From Podarcis liolepis (lineage: Eukaryota), in NCBI GenBank assembly GCA_965112155.1, contig OZ218098.1: a DNA stretch of 64,000 nt; one strand, written 5' to 3'. The notes beneath the pieces were generated by a model, which had not been told where the DNA came from, ran no database searches, and saw only the letters and a program-made list of their open reading frames with translations. Positions 13,139-25,250 of the stretch are shown piece by piece. A program made the translations under genes and the position numbers. How positions within the stretch are numbered: the stretch's first letter is position 1; each line of letters starts with the position of its first letter.

Positions 13139-13725
13139 TGTTGTTGTTGTTGTTGGCATCCGTCTGTCTCGAGAGACAATGGAGTGCGCCTCTGGGGGTG
13201 AAGTCAAACACCAAAGTGACCTCCTCAGGGCACAAGCCTGGGCAGTGTCCAAATGACAAGACCACCCCCTGGCCTCGCTGATGTGGTCCAAAGGAAAGCA
13301 GAGCAATACATTTGGCACCACTGTGGCCACATGAGTTGCCAGAAGGAGGTATACAAGACACCATCCTACCATCTTAGGGACTTCACTGTGGATTTGTGTA
13401 GGATTTACTCCTTAGCCCTTTTCTTCTCCTGAAGTTATCCTGCAAGACAGCAGAGGTTTAGGATCAGAGTTTTCCTTTTCCTAGATGGGCTAGCTTCCCA
13501 GGTTGATAAGCCCCACCTGCCCCTCAATTCCCTCTACTTCGTGTGCAGAAACTGCCATGTTGACCATTGGACCCACTGTTAATCTTATCTACTCAATCTG
13601 CCAGAGCCTTTCTTCATATGCAGGGGAAGTGCCTAATCAATGCATTGAGGGTTTGAGACCCATCAGCTACCCTCACCTTGTTTAGCCGGCCAGTCACAGC
13701 TGTTTCCTGGGGGTGGCCACTGTCA
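13139..13725 (-). mobile_element. Bipartite non-autonomous RTE-derived retroposon
   Basis: Minus strand: RTE 5'UTR-like motif ggaaaaggaaaactctgatcctaaacc joined to an RTE-type terminus gtctctcgagacagacggatgcc(AAC)n; no ORF remnant. Confidence 0.65.
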
Positions 13726-13801
13726 CTACCTCTCCCCTAACATCTGCAGGGTAACATAGTAGAGAAAACAATTCATATGCAACTCTGGTAGTGCTCTAGG
13801 T

Positions 13802-14687
13802 CAGTGTTTCCCAACCGCTGTTCCGCGGCACACTAGTGTGCCGTGGAACTTTGCCTTGTGTTCCGTGGAGGCGGGCGAGGCGGGCGGTGAGAGGCGGGGC
13901 GGCGGCGGCGAGCACACGCGGGGCGGCGAGCGAGCGAGCTCCCACAGCCCATCGCCGCTTGCTACTGGGCCTGCGCATCCGCTCGCTACTGGGCCTGCCC
14001 CAGGAGGTGGGGTTGCGGGCATCACGCCCTTCCCCACGTGAGCGGGGAATCCCATCCGCCCCCACGTGAGCGGGGAATCCCATCTGAGCCCCCGCGAGAG
14101 CAGGGGAATCCCATCCAGCCATCTCAGCCCCCGCGAGAGCAGGGGAATCCCATCCGGCCACGCCTCCTGGCCAGCCAATCGGCTGGCTGGAGGGGGCGTG
14201 GCTTGCCCTTTTTAGGGCCGGAGCGGAGGGGGCTCGCCATCTCTTCTCCGGCTAGCCCCATCGCCGCTCGCTACTGGGCCTGCGCCTGCTCGACGAGCAC
14301 ACGCGGGGCGGCGAGCGAGCGAGCTCCCCCATCCGAAGGCACCAAGCAGGGGCCCTTGGCCGTGCCGGTGCCCACCGTGCCCGCCTCCGCCCAGGAGGGC
14401 GGCAAGCAGCCACCGCCACCACCACCCCCGCCGCTGCCCGCCGCAACCGCGCCGCCGCCCCCGGCTCCCCGCGGCGGGTGATCGTTCAGGCTTCGACGGG
14501 CGAGCTGCTCCGCTGCCTGGGGGACTTCGTGTGCCGCCGCTGCTACCACATCCCATCGCCGCTCAGCCTGCGCGTGCGCGATCGCTGCGCGCTGACGTCA
14601 CGGGGCGGGGCTTTAATGGTGGTGTGCCGCGAGATTTTTTTTCAGTAAACAGGTGTGCCGTTGCCCAAAAAAGTTTGGGAAACACTG
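13802..14687. mobile_element. Young non-autonomous hAT (Charlie/Buster-type) element with CpG-island-like interior
   Basis: 13-bp perfect TIR CAGTGTTTCCCAA; perfect 8-bp TSD ctctaggt (13794-13801, 14688-14695). Confidence 0.93.
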
Positions 14688-15109
14688 CTCTAGGTTATGT
14701 TAAGGTAGATGGAACTGAGACAGAAGGAAGTGTGTCTACAGCAGCCAAATGGCTAAACAGCTGCCTTGCCAGAATAGTTAAAAGCTTTATTCTTGATCTT
14801 CTGGTTCACAGAAAATAGTCTCAAAGTTCCCTTTTTATTTTTGAGAATGGAGCTACTAGTGTTGGTCTTGAGCTGTGCCCAGCTCATATTTTTGAGCTGC
14901 CCTTATGCTTTAGAAATGCTGGCTCGTAAAAATGCCCCAATTTAACCCACTAGCTTTTCCAAAGCCCATGAACTGTAAGTATCAAGGTCATTGCAAGCAT
15001 AGCCCAGCTGTGTTCATTCTGCCCAGTCCTGCAGTCATCGCAGGTCAGCTTACATTTAGCTCTGAGCTGAGCAGATGCTCACTATATTCATCTCTGCACA
15101 CAGCCATTT

Positions 15110-15662
15110 CCAAAAGGGAAGAGATGTAGCTCAGGGCCAGAGCAGGCCAATCCCCTATAACAAAACGGTTGCAACATTTGAGGCTTTTTCGTACAGTATA
15201 GGGAAAGGGCATGTAAGGGGGAACATGATAGAAGTGCATAAAATTATGCATTGTGTGGAGAATGTGGACGGAGAAAGTTTTCCTCCCTATCTTATAATAA
15301 TAGATCCTGTGGGGAAATCAAATAAAACTGGATGTTGGAAGATTCAGGACAGAAAAAAGAAAGTGTGTGGTTAAAACCTGAAATTTTCTCCCACAAGAGT
15401 GATGGTCACCAACTTGAATAGCTTTGAAAGAGCATTAGGCACATTCTTGGAGGATAAGGCTATCAAAGGCTACTAAACACAATGATTATGTTCTACCTTC
15501 TACTGTTAGAGGCAGAATGTCTCTGACTACCAGTTGCTGAGGATCGCAAAGGGGGAGGGTGTACTCAGGCCCTGCTTGTGGTCCTCACAGAGGCATCTGG
15601 TTGGCCACTGTGAGAATAGGATGCTGGACGATGGATCCAGCAGACAGGCTCATCTTATGTAC
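15110..15662 (+). mobile_element. Old CR1 3' end with 3' UTR
   Basis: RGNMIEVHKIMHCVENVD ORF2 remnant followed by ggcatctggttggccactgtgagaataggatgctggac UTR. Confidence 0.8.
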
Positions 15663-16582
15663 CTTTTTGTGTGTTTGTGGCAACGGACGAACCCAGCTAC
15701 CCCTCTGGAAGATGCAATGACTTTTTCTTGTTGAGTGAAGGCGGTTAGATAAAGTGAGCTCGGGATATTAGTATAAGGGTAGAAAGATAAAAGGTAGACA
15801 GATGAGAAATTTTTATTTATGGACAAAGTTGATGTTGCTGTGCTTCATTTCTCTTCCAACGAGGTATTTCTTCCTGCCCTGCTCTTTTAGGAGCAATTTT
15901 TTCTTCTGCCAGAAAAATCTTCCATCTTGAACTCACCAAATTTGCTGTGAAGCAGCACAGGGGGCTAATTACCAGTTACTGACAACCACAAGAGCTTCAT
16001 TTTTCAAAAGTGTGGGTTTATAAACCGATCTATCTGTTGTTTGTGAGATATGTCAGCCTTTCACAATCTAAGACCCCTCTGAGCTCCTCATTTCAGACAG
16101 GAAAGATAAATTGTTACAGATGTTTCCAACTACAGAGGATGAGAGCTTTACAGGGATGGGAGCACAAATCCTGCTGACAAGCACTCTTCCGTCTTCAGTT
16201 TTTATCAGATGAAAGTTGCTTTAGGAGGGATTGTGGTTACATTCTCTGGTAAATAGGAGAAAGCTAGCTTTTTCTTCCAGCAGTGCAATCTGGCACGTTT
16301 ACTCAGAAATAAGCCCAGTTTTCAGTGGGGCTTAGTCTCAGGTAAGTATGTATTGTGTGGGGCACAGGAGCATTTTCAGTCCACGTGCCACTGGTGGGCA
16401 AAAGTGGGTGGAGCAAGAAATGCAAATTTTACATTTTGTACGAAAGGCTAGCCTCTACAGATATTCACACACTTCCCTGTGTGTGTATCGCCCAGCCAGA
16501 GAAGCAAGAGGCATTATCACAAGTTCAAGGATGCATTCCAACCAGCAAAAACAGTGAGGGAGGATGCAAAGTAGGGCTAGTG

Positions 16583-16800
16583 AGTTCTTCCTTTGGCGAT
16601 CACTCGTAGCCGTGTAAGATTGTCTTCCATGAACACGATCTTAACAGTGAGTCTGTAAGTGACTGTGGAGGCCAATTCTGGATCTACACACCCTTCCACA
16701 GTGGGGACATAGGATTCTGGGCGGGAGTTGATCATGGTAAGGGTTTGTCAACCGTGCCTTCCTCTTAGCTTGTTTCTTCCTTTCGTCCTGAGTTTGAGCG
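16583..16800 (-). mobile_element. RTE LINE 3' end
   Basis: Minus strand encodes KRKARLTNPYHDQLPPRILCPHCGRVCRSRIGLHSHLQTHC* (C-terminal CCHH finger), then a short 3' UTR. Confidence 0.85.
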
Positions 16801-17310
16801 GTGTGGGATCGGTATGGGGAGTTCTAAGGGTCTGGTAATGAGGCCTTAGGGCTGCATTTGGCCCACAGGGTTGAGGCTTTGCACCCCTAACATGTAGGGT
16901 AGGTTTGCAGCCTAAATATCCCAAATAATAGCCTACTTGTAACTGCAGTTCTCTGCTAGGCGCTTTTGCCTCCTGAAGAATTTAAATTAATTAGATTAGA
17001 GGGAGTTTATTCGCTACATATAAATGTTCCATCCATAATGTTTTAGCTATTTAGGAAGGGCTTTTTACCTTAAAGTAATCCCTTGTAATTATATTAAATG
17101 TATTAAAGTGTTCTGGTGCAACAAATCCTTTTCTTAATGGAAGTTTTGCAGTTAGGAAAGTGGCACCTGCAAAGTGTGGGGTAGTGATCAATCGACACAA
17201 ACTCCTACAACCTCTGCCCAAACAAATCAGGATGAGCACTCGTTGTTGTATAACCTCCCTGCAAACACGTCAGAATGAATGTCCAATGAAGACTGGGCAT
17301 TGTATAACCT

Positions 17311-17511
17311 CAGGGCCGTCTTTAGCATATGAACCGCCAGGGTGCAAAGATCCGCCCAGGGCCCCCAAATTTAGTTTAGCCACCCCCAATTGAGAGGGAC
17401 CGGTATACAGTAGGTGTACATTTGACACCCCCCTGAATACATTTGGCATCCCCCAGAATTTGGGGCCCAGGTGCCCCACACGCCTTGCACCCCTGGGTAA
17501 AGACGGCTCTG
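17311..17511. mobile_element. hAT MITE
   Basis: TIR CAGGGCCGTCTTTA (13/14); perfect TSD tataacct (17303-17310, 17512-17519). Confidence 0.9.
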
Positions 17512-19291
17512 TATAACCTCCAGGCAAGCTTTGTACAAGCAAATCAGGATGAACGCTCAAGAAACAAGTCTGGAGAAACTGCAAAAGTGCCTCATTTTCT
17601 TCTTTGGAGACTGCAGCTATCTTGTACAATTGCATTAGACTTTGAAAAGGTCTCCCAAGAAATACTGAAGAAGCCCCACTGAGCAGCTTATTAAAAACTG
17701 CACAGAGCAATAGAAAACCACAACCTTGGGAAGCCATGCTGCCTTGACAAGGTCAAGTCATTAGCCAACATGGATTAGCTAGTTTGAGAGGCGGATTTGA
17801 AGTATAGTCATATTCACTTTATAACATTTTACTGTTTAACATACCAAAAAAAAATTGAAATAGATAAACAAAAAACCCCTTGGCTTCAGCTAGCTGATCA
17901 TTAGTCTAAGCCCATTAGTTTTGTGATAAACAAGATCTTAATTAAATATGCCTTTTTAAAATGGCAAAACACACCAGCAAGCCTATGGAGTCAAAAGGAA
18001 CATGATGTCAAATCACTGGGGGAATTCCCAGAAAGCTATTAGACTCCAACCGAAAGTGGCAGAGCATTTTATCAATTTCGTTCCAGCACAATACCGAACA
18101 TTTTTAATTGTAACCATCCAGTTGGGTCTAATTTATTTTTCATCAGTGAAGGCACCATTCCCCAGCTCATCACTGCATATATTTTCAAGTACAAAGGATA
18201 TGTGGAGAGTCAACAGGATGGAGATTTATGGAGAAGGAGTAGTAAAGCTGGACTGGGATTGAATTTTCAGAACATCTCGATGAGCAGCTTACATGAATTT
18301 TTGTAAAAAAGAAAAAAAAAGATCCTGATTATTCCTTGCTTATGATGAAATGCTAGTTATTTCTTTACTGGTTCCACTAAAAAGATGAACAATTCTAGTA
18401 TATTTTCTCTCTCTCCAGGTTTCCTAAAGCAACCAGCACTTAAACAGCAATGCATATAACTGTGTAAAAATGCTTATGTATTAAATAATGCTTATAAAAT
18501 TACATCATAGAAACATAGTACAGCATGTCGCTTGACAGTTTTATACATATTATACATTACTTCCTTGGGTATGATTTTTCCATAATTTTTTTGCATATAT
18601 TTAGATGAACTTTTTTAAAACACACACACACACAAACTTCCAATGCACAAGCAGCTGGTACATAAGCAGGTGTTCAAAGCAAAAGGTGGTCTGATGTGGG
18701 CAAGGCTAGATTAGGTAAGATGACAGGGATGTAAGAAGGCAGAAATTCTTCTGTTCCAACCTACATTTAATGCTGTTTCCATTCCACTGCAGTTCATTTC
18801 CGGCCAAATACTACATCTTCCTATTTCCTATTTAGCTTATTTATGTACCTTACATAACTTACATTCATTTCAACATGAATGAAACATCAAAACAATATTT
18901 TAAAAAATCATTAATAATATGTTTGTAGACTTAAAACAACAGCGATGTGAACTAATACGGATCATCTTTGCTTGAGCAATGTCCGTCCTGCCCACAGATG
19001 AAAATGCAAACTGCAGCAATTTCCTTTTCCATTTTTGCTGGAATTCTCTGACATCCTTAGTCCAGAAGCACCAAATTCCATGCATAAATACATTTAAAAC
19101 AGATCACCATAGATTAGTAATTCTTTATTCTAATAAGTGTACACTGTTTAATTATTATTTGCTGATCTTTAATTTTACTGTTTACTATTGGATTCTAATG
19201 GATTATTGAATATTGAGGTAAGCTGTTTATTTTAAGGTTATTGTGACTTTTTATATTGGATCAGATTGTTACCATTAAATAAATAAAAAAA

Positions 19292-19292
<1 letters not shown>

Positions 19293-19324
<32 letters not shown>

Positions 19325-19345
19325 CATCATCATCATCATCATCAC
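19293..19345. repeat. Compound (ATT)n(ATC)n microsatellite
   Basis: Direct reading; follows AATAAA, possibly the tail of an old L2-like element. Confidence 0.9.
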
Positions 19346-19830
19346 TATTCATAGTCTAAACAAATGAAATCTAATCAGCACCAAAGACAATGCAATGCAC
19401 ATGCTTCTATCCTGCCCTCACTCCAAAGAAAAACGTGACTTTCCAGATATTGGACTACAATTTCTATCCCCCTTAACTTTTACTAACACTGACTGCGGCT
19501 GATGGGGGTCAGGAAACAAAGAACATATGTTTGGCCTGTGATTCCTTGCTTGTTTTAGAATATGGGAAATCATATAAATTATTATATAAATAGATACATC
19601 TTACATTTAGATAATGCACCTAAATTCTAATAATCGTCATATAAAGCTAGAAGGCCCGAAGATGGCTTCTGTAATACTTTCTCCATTGGGGGTAAGGGAT
19701 TTCAGTGCTACTTTTGAATAATGTTTTCAAATTCTATAAAAGTTGGGGAGGGGTAGTGTTATCCCCAAAACCTGAACATGAAAAAAGAAAGGGAACAATT
19801 AACAAAAGAGCACTGGCCATGTTGCTAATA

Positions 19831-20202
19831 GGGATGCGGGTGGCACTGTGGGTTAAACCACAGAGCCTAGAACTTGCCGATCAGAAGGTCGGCGGTTCGA
19901 ATCCCCGAGATGGGGTGAGCTCCCGTTGCTCGGTCCCTGCTCCTGCCAACCTAGCAGTTTGAAAGTACATCAAAGTGCAAGTAGATGAATAGGTACCACT
20001 CCGGCGGGAAGGTAAATGGCGTTTCCGTGCGCTGCTCTGGTTTGCCAGAAGCGGCTTAGTCATGCTGCTCTGGTTTGCCAGAAGCTGTACACTGGCTCCC
20101 TCGGCCAATAAAGCAAGATGAACGCCGCAACCCCAGAGTCGCCACGACTGGACTTAATGGTCAGGGGTCCCTTTACCTTTACCTTTACCTCTACCTCTAC
20201 CT
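19831..20202 (+). mobile_element. Sauria SINE
   Basis: Typical head and (ACCTTT/ACCTCT)n tail; internal 22-bp duplication of gctgctctggtttgccagaagc. Confidence 0.92.
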
Positions 20203-21790
20203 AGTGAAATAGTTTGCCCAGAGCAGCTGCTTTAGGTGTAATTTGTCCCTGGATATGAGATGAAATATTTGTTTCTTCATTTAAAAATCTATACCTTGTC
20301 TACTTGCCCTCCAGTAGCCTTCAAAACGGCTTACAATATTGCCAATTATAATAATTATTTAAGAACACAGCAGCCATCAACCATGATAAACTGTGTGACC
20401 TGCCCCACCACATTACTGTGAATTATCTTTATTTCTAGGTTCCTGTAACATAAATACCTCATTAACCCCCTATCCTAACCTCCTTTCAGTGTTCCTTGCT
20501 CATGGTTGGGTGAACATATCATGGTGTCTCTCTCTGCAATTATCTCTCCCCTTTCATAAACACAGCTGTTTTCTTTCTGTTAATTTTGTACATGACTACC
20601 TGTTTACACATGGAGCCCTTGCTAATTTCTTTTGGGATTGAGGAGTTTCGCTCTGACCCTGCCCAAGCACTACCCATTTTTATTCCACAACCCCCTTTAG
20701 GGCGCTTTGACTGCTGTTGCTTTTCACCCTAGAGCTTCTTAACATTGCTAACTTTAGTTCGTTTTTATTGAATAGAATTTTTAACCCTGCACTGTGCTGC
20801 CATTCTGTTATATTAGTTCAGGTTGGGGAAATCATACATGGTTCTCAGGGCCTTCCCATTTGGATCAGGGTTTGAATTTCTGGGAATACTTGCCCCACCC
20901 CAGGCATCATACATCTTTAATCCTAGGCATCAGACATAATATTTATTTCTTAAATCTCCCAGATGTTCTTTTGATTGAGCAAGGCATTATGGGCAGCAGC
21001 TGAATCATCCTTAAACTTCATGTTCTCCTTCAAACTTCTACAGATTGAAGAAGAAATTGGGGGGCAGTGGTTCTGAAATCCTTTGTAAACATCCCACGTG
21101 ATGATGTTTACAAAGGGCTGTTTGAAAGCCCCCCAGTTCAATCTGAAGTCCCAAAAACCTGGGCTTCAAAGGGAAGCATCAGCTGACATCACAATGACAG
21201 CAGTGCCCACCAGTCAAGTTTGGTCCACCAGGGCGAGGGGAGATGAAAACAGAAAAAGATTCCCCATTTCTCTTTCAGTCGACTTGTATTTATTTGTGTT
21301 TTGCTTCCTGTTTTTTGTTTTACTCTTTTCTATAACATCCTGGGAATGCCAATCAATCCTGGAAAGATTTTGCGATGTTATTATTCAGATGAATCACTTC
21401 CCATAGAGATTTATAGTACTATAAAAACATACACCGAACAATTGTGCGCACACGTCTATAAAGCAAACAATTTAAAAACACCACATATAAAATCATTTCA
21501 AAGGTGGGGCAGATAGTTTTCATAAATAAATGGATAAATCTTGCAACAAATTAGTATTCCACTTCCACTGGGTTTATGTGGATCCGTAAACGTACCCCAA
21601 TAAAAATTTACGAATTTTGGCTAATATCCTTAAACACTGTCTAGGATCTGTGTGCGCTTGTGGGGCATAGTTGGTAGGATCAGCTGGGGTAGCATGTAAT
21701 TGGCATTGCAATTCTATCCATGTCTACTCAAAAGTAAGCCCCACTGAATTCACAAACTATGTCTAAACTTGTCACCAAATTGCAACTGGT

Positions 21791-21990
21791 NNNNNNNNNN
21801 NNNNNNNNNNNNNNNNNNNNNNNNNNNNNNNNNNNNNNNNNNNNNNNNNNNNNNNNNNNNNNNNNNNNNNNNNNNNNNNNNNNNNNNNNNNNNNNNNNNN
21901 NNNNNNNNNNNNNNNNNNNNNNNNNNNNNNNNNNNNNNNNNNNNNNNNNNNNNNNNNNNNNNNNNNNNNNNNNNNNNNNNNNNNNNNNNN
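21791..21990. other. Assembly gap (200 N)
   Basis: Exactly 200 Ns, consistent with a fixed-size scaffolding spacer. Confidence 0.99.
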
Positions 21991-22095
21991 TGGTTATAGA
22001 GGAAAGTTTTTGCCTGGCGCCTAAAGACTGATAATGATGGCGTCAGGCAAGCCTCCCTGGGGAGAGTGAGCATTCCACATAGAGCTAGGAGCCAC
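21991..22095 (-). mobile_element. L2 LINE ORF2 3' remnant
   Basis: LPREACLTPSLSVFRRQAKTFLYN resembles the L2 C-terminus. Confidence 0.7.
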
Positions 22096-23220
22096 TCATA
22101 GCCTTGTATCCCATGAATTTATCTATTCCTCTTTTAAAGCCATTCAAGTGGTAGCCATCACAGCCTCCTGTGAGAGCAATGCCGCAGTTTAGCTATGCAC
22201 TCATTGAAGTGGTCAAGTGAGTATATATGGAGGCAATCCTTCAAGCATAAATACACAGTGTAAATACATATATGATAACTTTTCACTAAGGTGAGACAGT
22301 CGTTTTAGAAATTAAAAGTCTTTTTTTTTTAGGAAAAAAATTAAGCACAGCGCTATCCAACAGTGAGGAGAAGGGGATGTTGTGATGAACTGTTGGGAGC
22401 CTGCATGACTCCACACAAAAATGTTCTGTTCATTTACCAAGTCATTAAACTGGAGCTGATTTTATGATCATAATTTTTTTCCCCGCTGGCATGTGAGGAA
22501 GCTTTATAGCCTTCAATAAAGCACTCTGACTTCTACGAAACCAGTTTGATTTTTACTACAGCAGCTTCTGGCAAGATTTATGCTCTTGTTTTGCTTAAGA
22601 TTCACATTTTAATGTAGCTATAAAAACAAGTTAGATTTGCTTATTTCAGGGAATCTTATTTAGTTAATTATCAGGCCCCACATGGCAAATCATTTCATTT
22701 GGATTCTATTATAAAACAATCAGTACTTGTATTCTTGGTTGCTTCCCAGTGAGGATTTTTTTAAAAAAGAAAAACAACAACAACAACCATAAACATTGCA
22801 AAAATCCACTTAATAACTAAAGCCCCCCACTTGCATTATTTGGAGGAGAGGCAGTTTGGATTAATAATGTGCCGTCCTGTCCACTCCAAAGCAGCCCATA
22901 ATGCTTGAATGGTAAAACTTTTTAAAATGCACGTCTCTTGTCTTGATGCTGATACCTCCTCTTCAGTCTGAATTTGAATTACTCAGATTATGGAATGCCA
23001 AGAGGTGGGATTTTCTCATAATATGATCTGGAGTGAAGTTTGGCATGAAGCCTACAACTGTTAGTATTTTAAACCCCAACCCCCCAAAAAACATACATAT
23101 ATGCTGTGTAGGCAGAAGGTAGATGTTTATTTAGAAAATCAAGGTTCCTAATTCAGTTTTGACAAAACTATAATAATTTTGAATTCCGAAATCTTCTAGC
23201 CAAATGATATAAAGAAACTC

Positions 23221-23334
23221 AAGCGGAGGCAGCGGAAGGCCCCATTAGCTAAAGTAGTGCTTCAGGTTAAGAACAGTTTCAAGTTAAGAACGGACCTCCG
23301 GAATGAATTAAGTACTTAACCCGAGGTACCACTG
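23221..23334. mobile_element. Tc1/mariner-type MITE, one-ended
   Basis: Ends ttaacccgaggtaccactg|TA; same family as 27005-27245. Confidence 0.85.
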
Positions 23335-23514
23335 TATATCAAATTGCTGGGGCATACAAAATAAATAAATAAATCATTATCCGCCTTCTTATTATCCCAC
23401 CGTGCCTGGTTCCAGGAAAAAGGTTAAGACCTTTTTGGGTGTTTCCTAGTCAGTTATGGTATCCTAAAGGAGAGCTAAAGGTATCATAATTCGCTTTTTT
23501 ATAATTATCCCTAG

Positions 23515-23626
23515 CAGTGTTATTTTTCTAGAAAAAGAGGTGCTTGTTCTCTTATAATGGCAATGGTACCCACCTGAGAGGTGCCGGACCTTGCTCAGAA
23601 CTGCAACAAGACTCTTTAAAGTGCTG
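23515..23626. mobile_element. Degraded hAT-type MITE
   Basis: Inverted homologue of 52466-52602 (tttctagaaaaagaggtg, cttataatggc, cccacctgaga). Confidence 0.6.
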
Positions 23627-23649
23627 GCCCTATCAAGGGAGGGCAGGAT

Positions 23650-24150
23650 ATTAGCACAGCAACATTTGCCTCGCTTGTGCTCCCCAGCAACTGATGTTCC
23701 GGATACTGCCTCTGACACTGGAGGTGGAATATTACCATTGTGGCTAGTAGCCGTTGATAGCCATGAATCTATATAATCCTATTTTAATGCCATCCTGGTT
23801 GGCGGCCATCATTCTGTTTTGTGGAAGCCAACTCCATAGTTTAACTATGTGCTGCGTAAAGAAGTATTTTCCTCGGTCAGTCCTGGATCTTCCCCCATTC
23901 AGCTTCATTGGATGCCCATGAGTTCTAATAGAGAGGGAGGAAAGCTTCTCACTGTCCACTTTCTCCATGCTCTGCATAATTTTATGTCTCTTTCTCTTGC
24001 CCTCCCCACAACTGCTCAGCTTTAGAGAGGGGAAAGCCCCAAATGCTGAAATCTTTCCTCAAAGGGGGGTTGCTCCAACCCCTTCATCACTTCGGTTGCC
24101 CTTTTCTGAACCTCTTCCAACTCTGCAATACGGGTTTTTAAGGTGAGGTA
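23650..24150 (-). mobile_element. Old CR1 3' region
   Basis: AELEEVQKRATEVMKGLE and RTHGHPMKLNGGRSRTDRGKYFFTQHIVKLW. Confidence 0.85.
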
Positions 24151-24299
24151 GCCAGAATTTCTGAAGCAGGGAGCTTCCTGCACTCTTGGAACGAGTTTCA
24201 TTTGCATGACCTGATGGATCTGAATGCTTCTCAGCTTGCTGCTTCACCTCATGGGAGTTCTTCTGTGGAGTGCTGCAGTATTCCAGCTTGTCCCCCATG

Positions 24300-24540
24300 T
24301 TGGTTAATATCTGCCACTGAGAGAAGTACTGTGAGCCTTTGGAATGCACTGTGCTATATTTCTCATTTTCCTCAAACCCTAGTGAGACTGTGGAATCTCT
24401 GACCAGATGTCTAGAGTCAGTAATGAGCTGGATGGGGACCAATAAACTAAAACCCAATCCACATATACTAATGGTAGGGGGAGTTTTAATCAGGAAGTCG
24501 TTGCTTAGCCTCCTCTGGATGCGGTTGTGCTCCTCATGAC
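24300..24540 (+). mobile_element. L2 RT-region fragment
   Basis: LYFSFSSNPSETVESLTRCLESVMSWMGTNKLKPNP resembles the L2 WMxxNKLKLNP region. Confidence 0.7.
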
Positions 24541-25084
24541 AATCATAGATGCAGTTAGGGGCTGCTTCTGCACCCAGCTATGCTTCTGCACCCAGCTAGG
24601 CCTGTTTGCTTGCTTTTACATTTATTTAGTATGTATAATTCCCACTTTGCAACTGCTGTTCAAAATCTCCGAGCCAGATTTCAGAAACAGTTCGTATAGC
24701 TTCAGCCTGAAGACATCCATCTTAACATCTAAGAATGCCTATGAGCATTCAACATTTAAGCTGCTTTTCAAGGACAAAAATCACTGGGTGATTTCAAAAT
24801 ATGGTCCAGGCTATGCCCTCTCTGGGAATTCAAATGTGCCTGCAAAAGTGACCGATAGGGGAGGGGTATTTTTCTTTAAAGAATCCAGTGCGTCCCAAAA
24901 TGTTAACTTCTTTACTTTCCAAAGGGGAGTTATTTAGGAGTCATATGTATATATAGGTCTTGCAATCCTTTGGTACCTGAGATGGTGCCCCAGGGGTCAA
25001 AGGAAGTATTGGATTTCCCTCTCTTAGGACACAGAGAGGGAGGTCTCTATTTCTCTGCCATTGCTCCCAGGGGAAGAGAGACTG

Positions 25085-25250
25085 TTTAAACAACAACAGG
25101 AACAGAGTTGAGTCCTCGCTATTTGCAGTAAAAAGGATGTCAGGTAGCAGGACTGGCAAAAGCTCCTTCTGAGGTCTTGGAGAACCACTGCCAATCATAG
25201 TAAACAATCCTACGCTGGATGGACAGCAAAAAGAGTCTTTGTGTATCAAT
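25085..25250 (+). mobile_element. Degraded Squam2-like SINE
   Basis: ggtagcaggactgg...cttggagaaccactgccaatcatagtaaacaat...gatggac. Confidence 0.5.

Noticed and set aside
14034-14157. Short repeats with variable spacers (CRISPR-like)
   Set aside because: Degenerate minisatellite inside a eukaryotic hAT element; spacers are not unique and there are no cas genes.
13796-14818. Many overlapping Pro/Ala/Arg-rich ORFs
   Set aside because: Explained by stop-poor GC-rich transposon interior; no transposase motifs.
21084-21112. TGTAAACATCC matches the 5' end of miR-30 within a hairpin
   Set aside because: The match is only 11 nt and sits directly against the loop; there is no 22-nt arm or miR-30 3p sequence.
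21750-22073. ORFs spanning the N run
   Set aside because: Artefacts of translating the gap.
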